The notes below the pieces were generated by a model. The model was not told the DNA's origin. It worked only from the letters and a program-made list of their open reading frames with translations, and made no database searches. DNA of 56,442 nucleotides, from contig CABMJK010000024.1 of NCBI GenBank assembly GCA_902386535.1, forward strand, positions 1-56,442, written 5' to 3'. This DNA is from Candidatus Burarchaeum australiense (GTDB taxonomy: Archaea; Micrarchaeota; Micrarchaeia; Burarchaeales; Burarchaeaceae). Shown piece after piece: positions 55,863 to 56,442 of the stretch. The translations under genes and the position numbers were made by a program. Each line of letters begins with the position of its first letter. Within the stretch, counting starts at the first letter, position 1.

Positions 55863-56441
55863 TCACTTTTTGGCCAGTTCCCCGTCGATTATCCCTTTCA
55901 TCGCATCAAAGCTCATGTAGCCCACGTGCCTCTGGCCGTTTATGAAGAAAGTCGGGGTGCCGTCAATGCCGAGCGCAAGCCCGTCCTGGAAGTCCTTCTC
56001 GACTGCAGCCACCTTCAGCCCGCCGTCGAGGCAGTCGGAGAAGGAAGTCTGGTTCAGGCCGAGAAGCGCGGCATAACCCTTCAGGCTCGTGATGTCGAGC
56101 GCGCCCTGGTTCGTGAAAAGCGCATCATGATACTCGAAGAACTTGCCCTGGTCGGCCGCGCACTCGCTCGCCTCGGCCGCCTTCTCTGCGAAAGGATGAA
56201 TCGACCGGAGAGGGAACTGCTTGTAGACGAATTTTATCTGATTGCCGTAGGCCGACTCGACCTGCTTCATGACCTGGTAGGCCCGGCCGCAGACGGGGCA
56301 CTCGAAGTCCGAGAACTCGACTATAAGGACCGTGGCATTCGCGGAGCCGAAGAAGGGCTTGCCATCGATTGGAGGATTCCCGCTCGGCAGCGCGCCATTG
56401 CCCCCGCAGCCCGCGAGAAGGAGGAAAACCGCCAGCGAGGA
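55863..56441 (-). CDS. DsbA-family thioredoxin lipoprotein (5'-partial)
   Basis: Frame open to the window end: LLAGC lipobox, EFSDFECPVC, FPL..H, GTPTFFING. Confidence 0.9.
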   Translation of the reverse strand, partial: SSLAVFLLLAGCGGNGALPSGNPPIDGKPFFGSANATVLIVEFSDFECPVCGRAYQVMKQVESAYGNQIKFVYKQFPLRSIHPFAEKAAEASECAADQGKFFEYHDALFTNQGALDITSLKGYAALLGLNQTSFSDCLDGGLKVAAVEKDFQDGLALGIDGTPTFFINGQRHVGYMSFDAMKGIIDGELAKK

Positions 56442-56442
56442 C

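Noticed and set aside
1-56442. Genome-wide reassignment of TAG to an amino acid
   Set aside because: Many genes end naturally at TAG (e.g. 10243, 31947, 31958, 47088, 49163), and read-through of several would run far into convergent genes. No tRNA-Pyl or pyl genes occur in the window.

Overview
GC-rich archaeal chromosomal segment. Archaeal markers include aglB, archaeal-type dnaG, hjc, rpo6/rpoK, srp54, TATA-type promoters, a BHB-intron tRNA and an RNase P RNA. The style suggests a DPANN lineage, probably Micrarchaeota-like; this is inference, not a computed placement. Positions 1-34.7 kb are a large surface-glycosylation locus ending in aglB. Its left end carries a complete set of homologs of the Campylobacter O-methyl phosphoramidate (MeOPN) pathway (Cj1415-Cj1419 types) plus two extra genes, a CysQ-type 3'-nucleotidase and a sulfotransferase-fold protein. 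These fit a PAPS-like phosphoramidate transfer system, my best candidate for an undescribed system. The locus also has a dehydrogenase/aminotransferase/N-formyltransferase trio, rml-like genes, an RHH-nucleotidyltransferase fusion regulator with a visible operator, and three GT-C enzymes. Positions 34.7-56.4 kb are mostly housekeeping. Two conserved genes there (geranylgeranyl reductase and dnaG) are each split by a single in-frame TAG. This half also has a tRNA-Met with two introns preceded by a four-hairpin leader, and a reduced RNase P RNA. No CRISPR array, integrase or transposase was seen. All family calls come from motif recognition by eye, not database searches.
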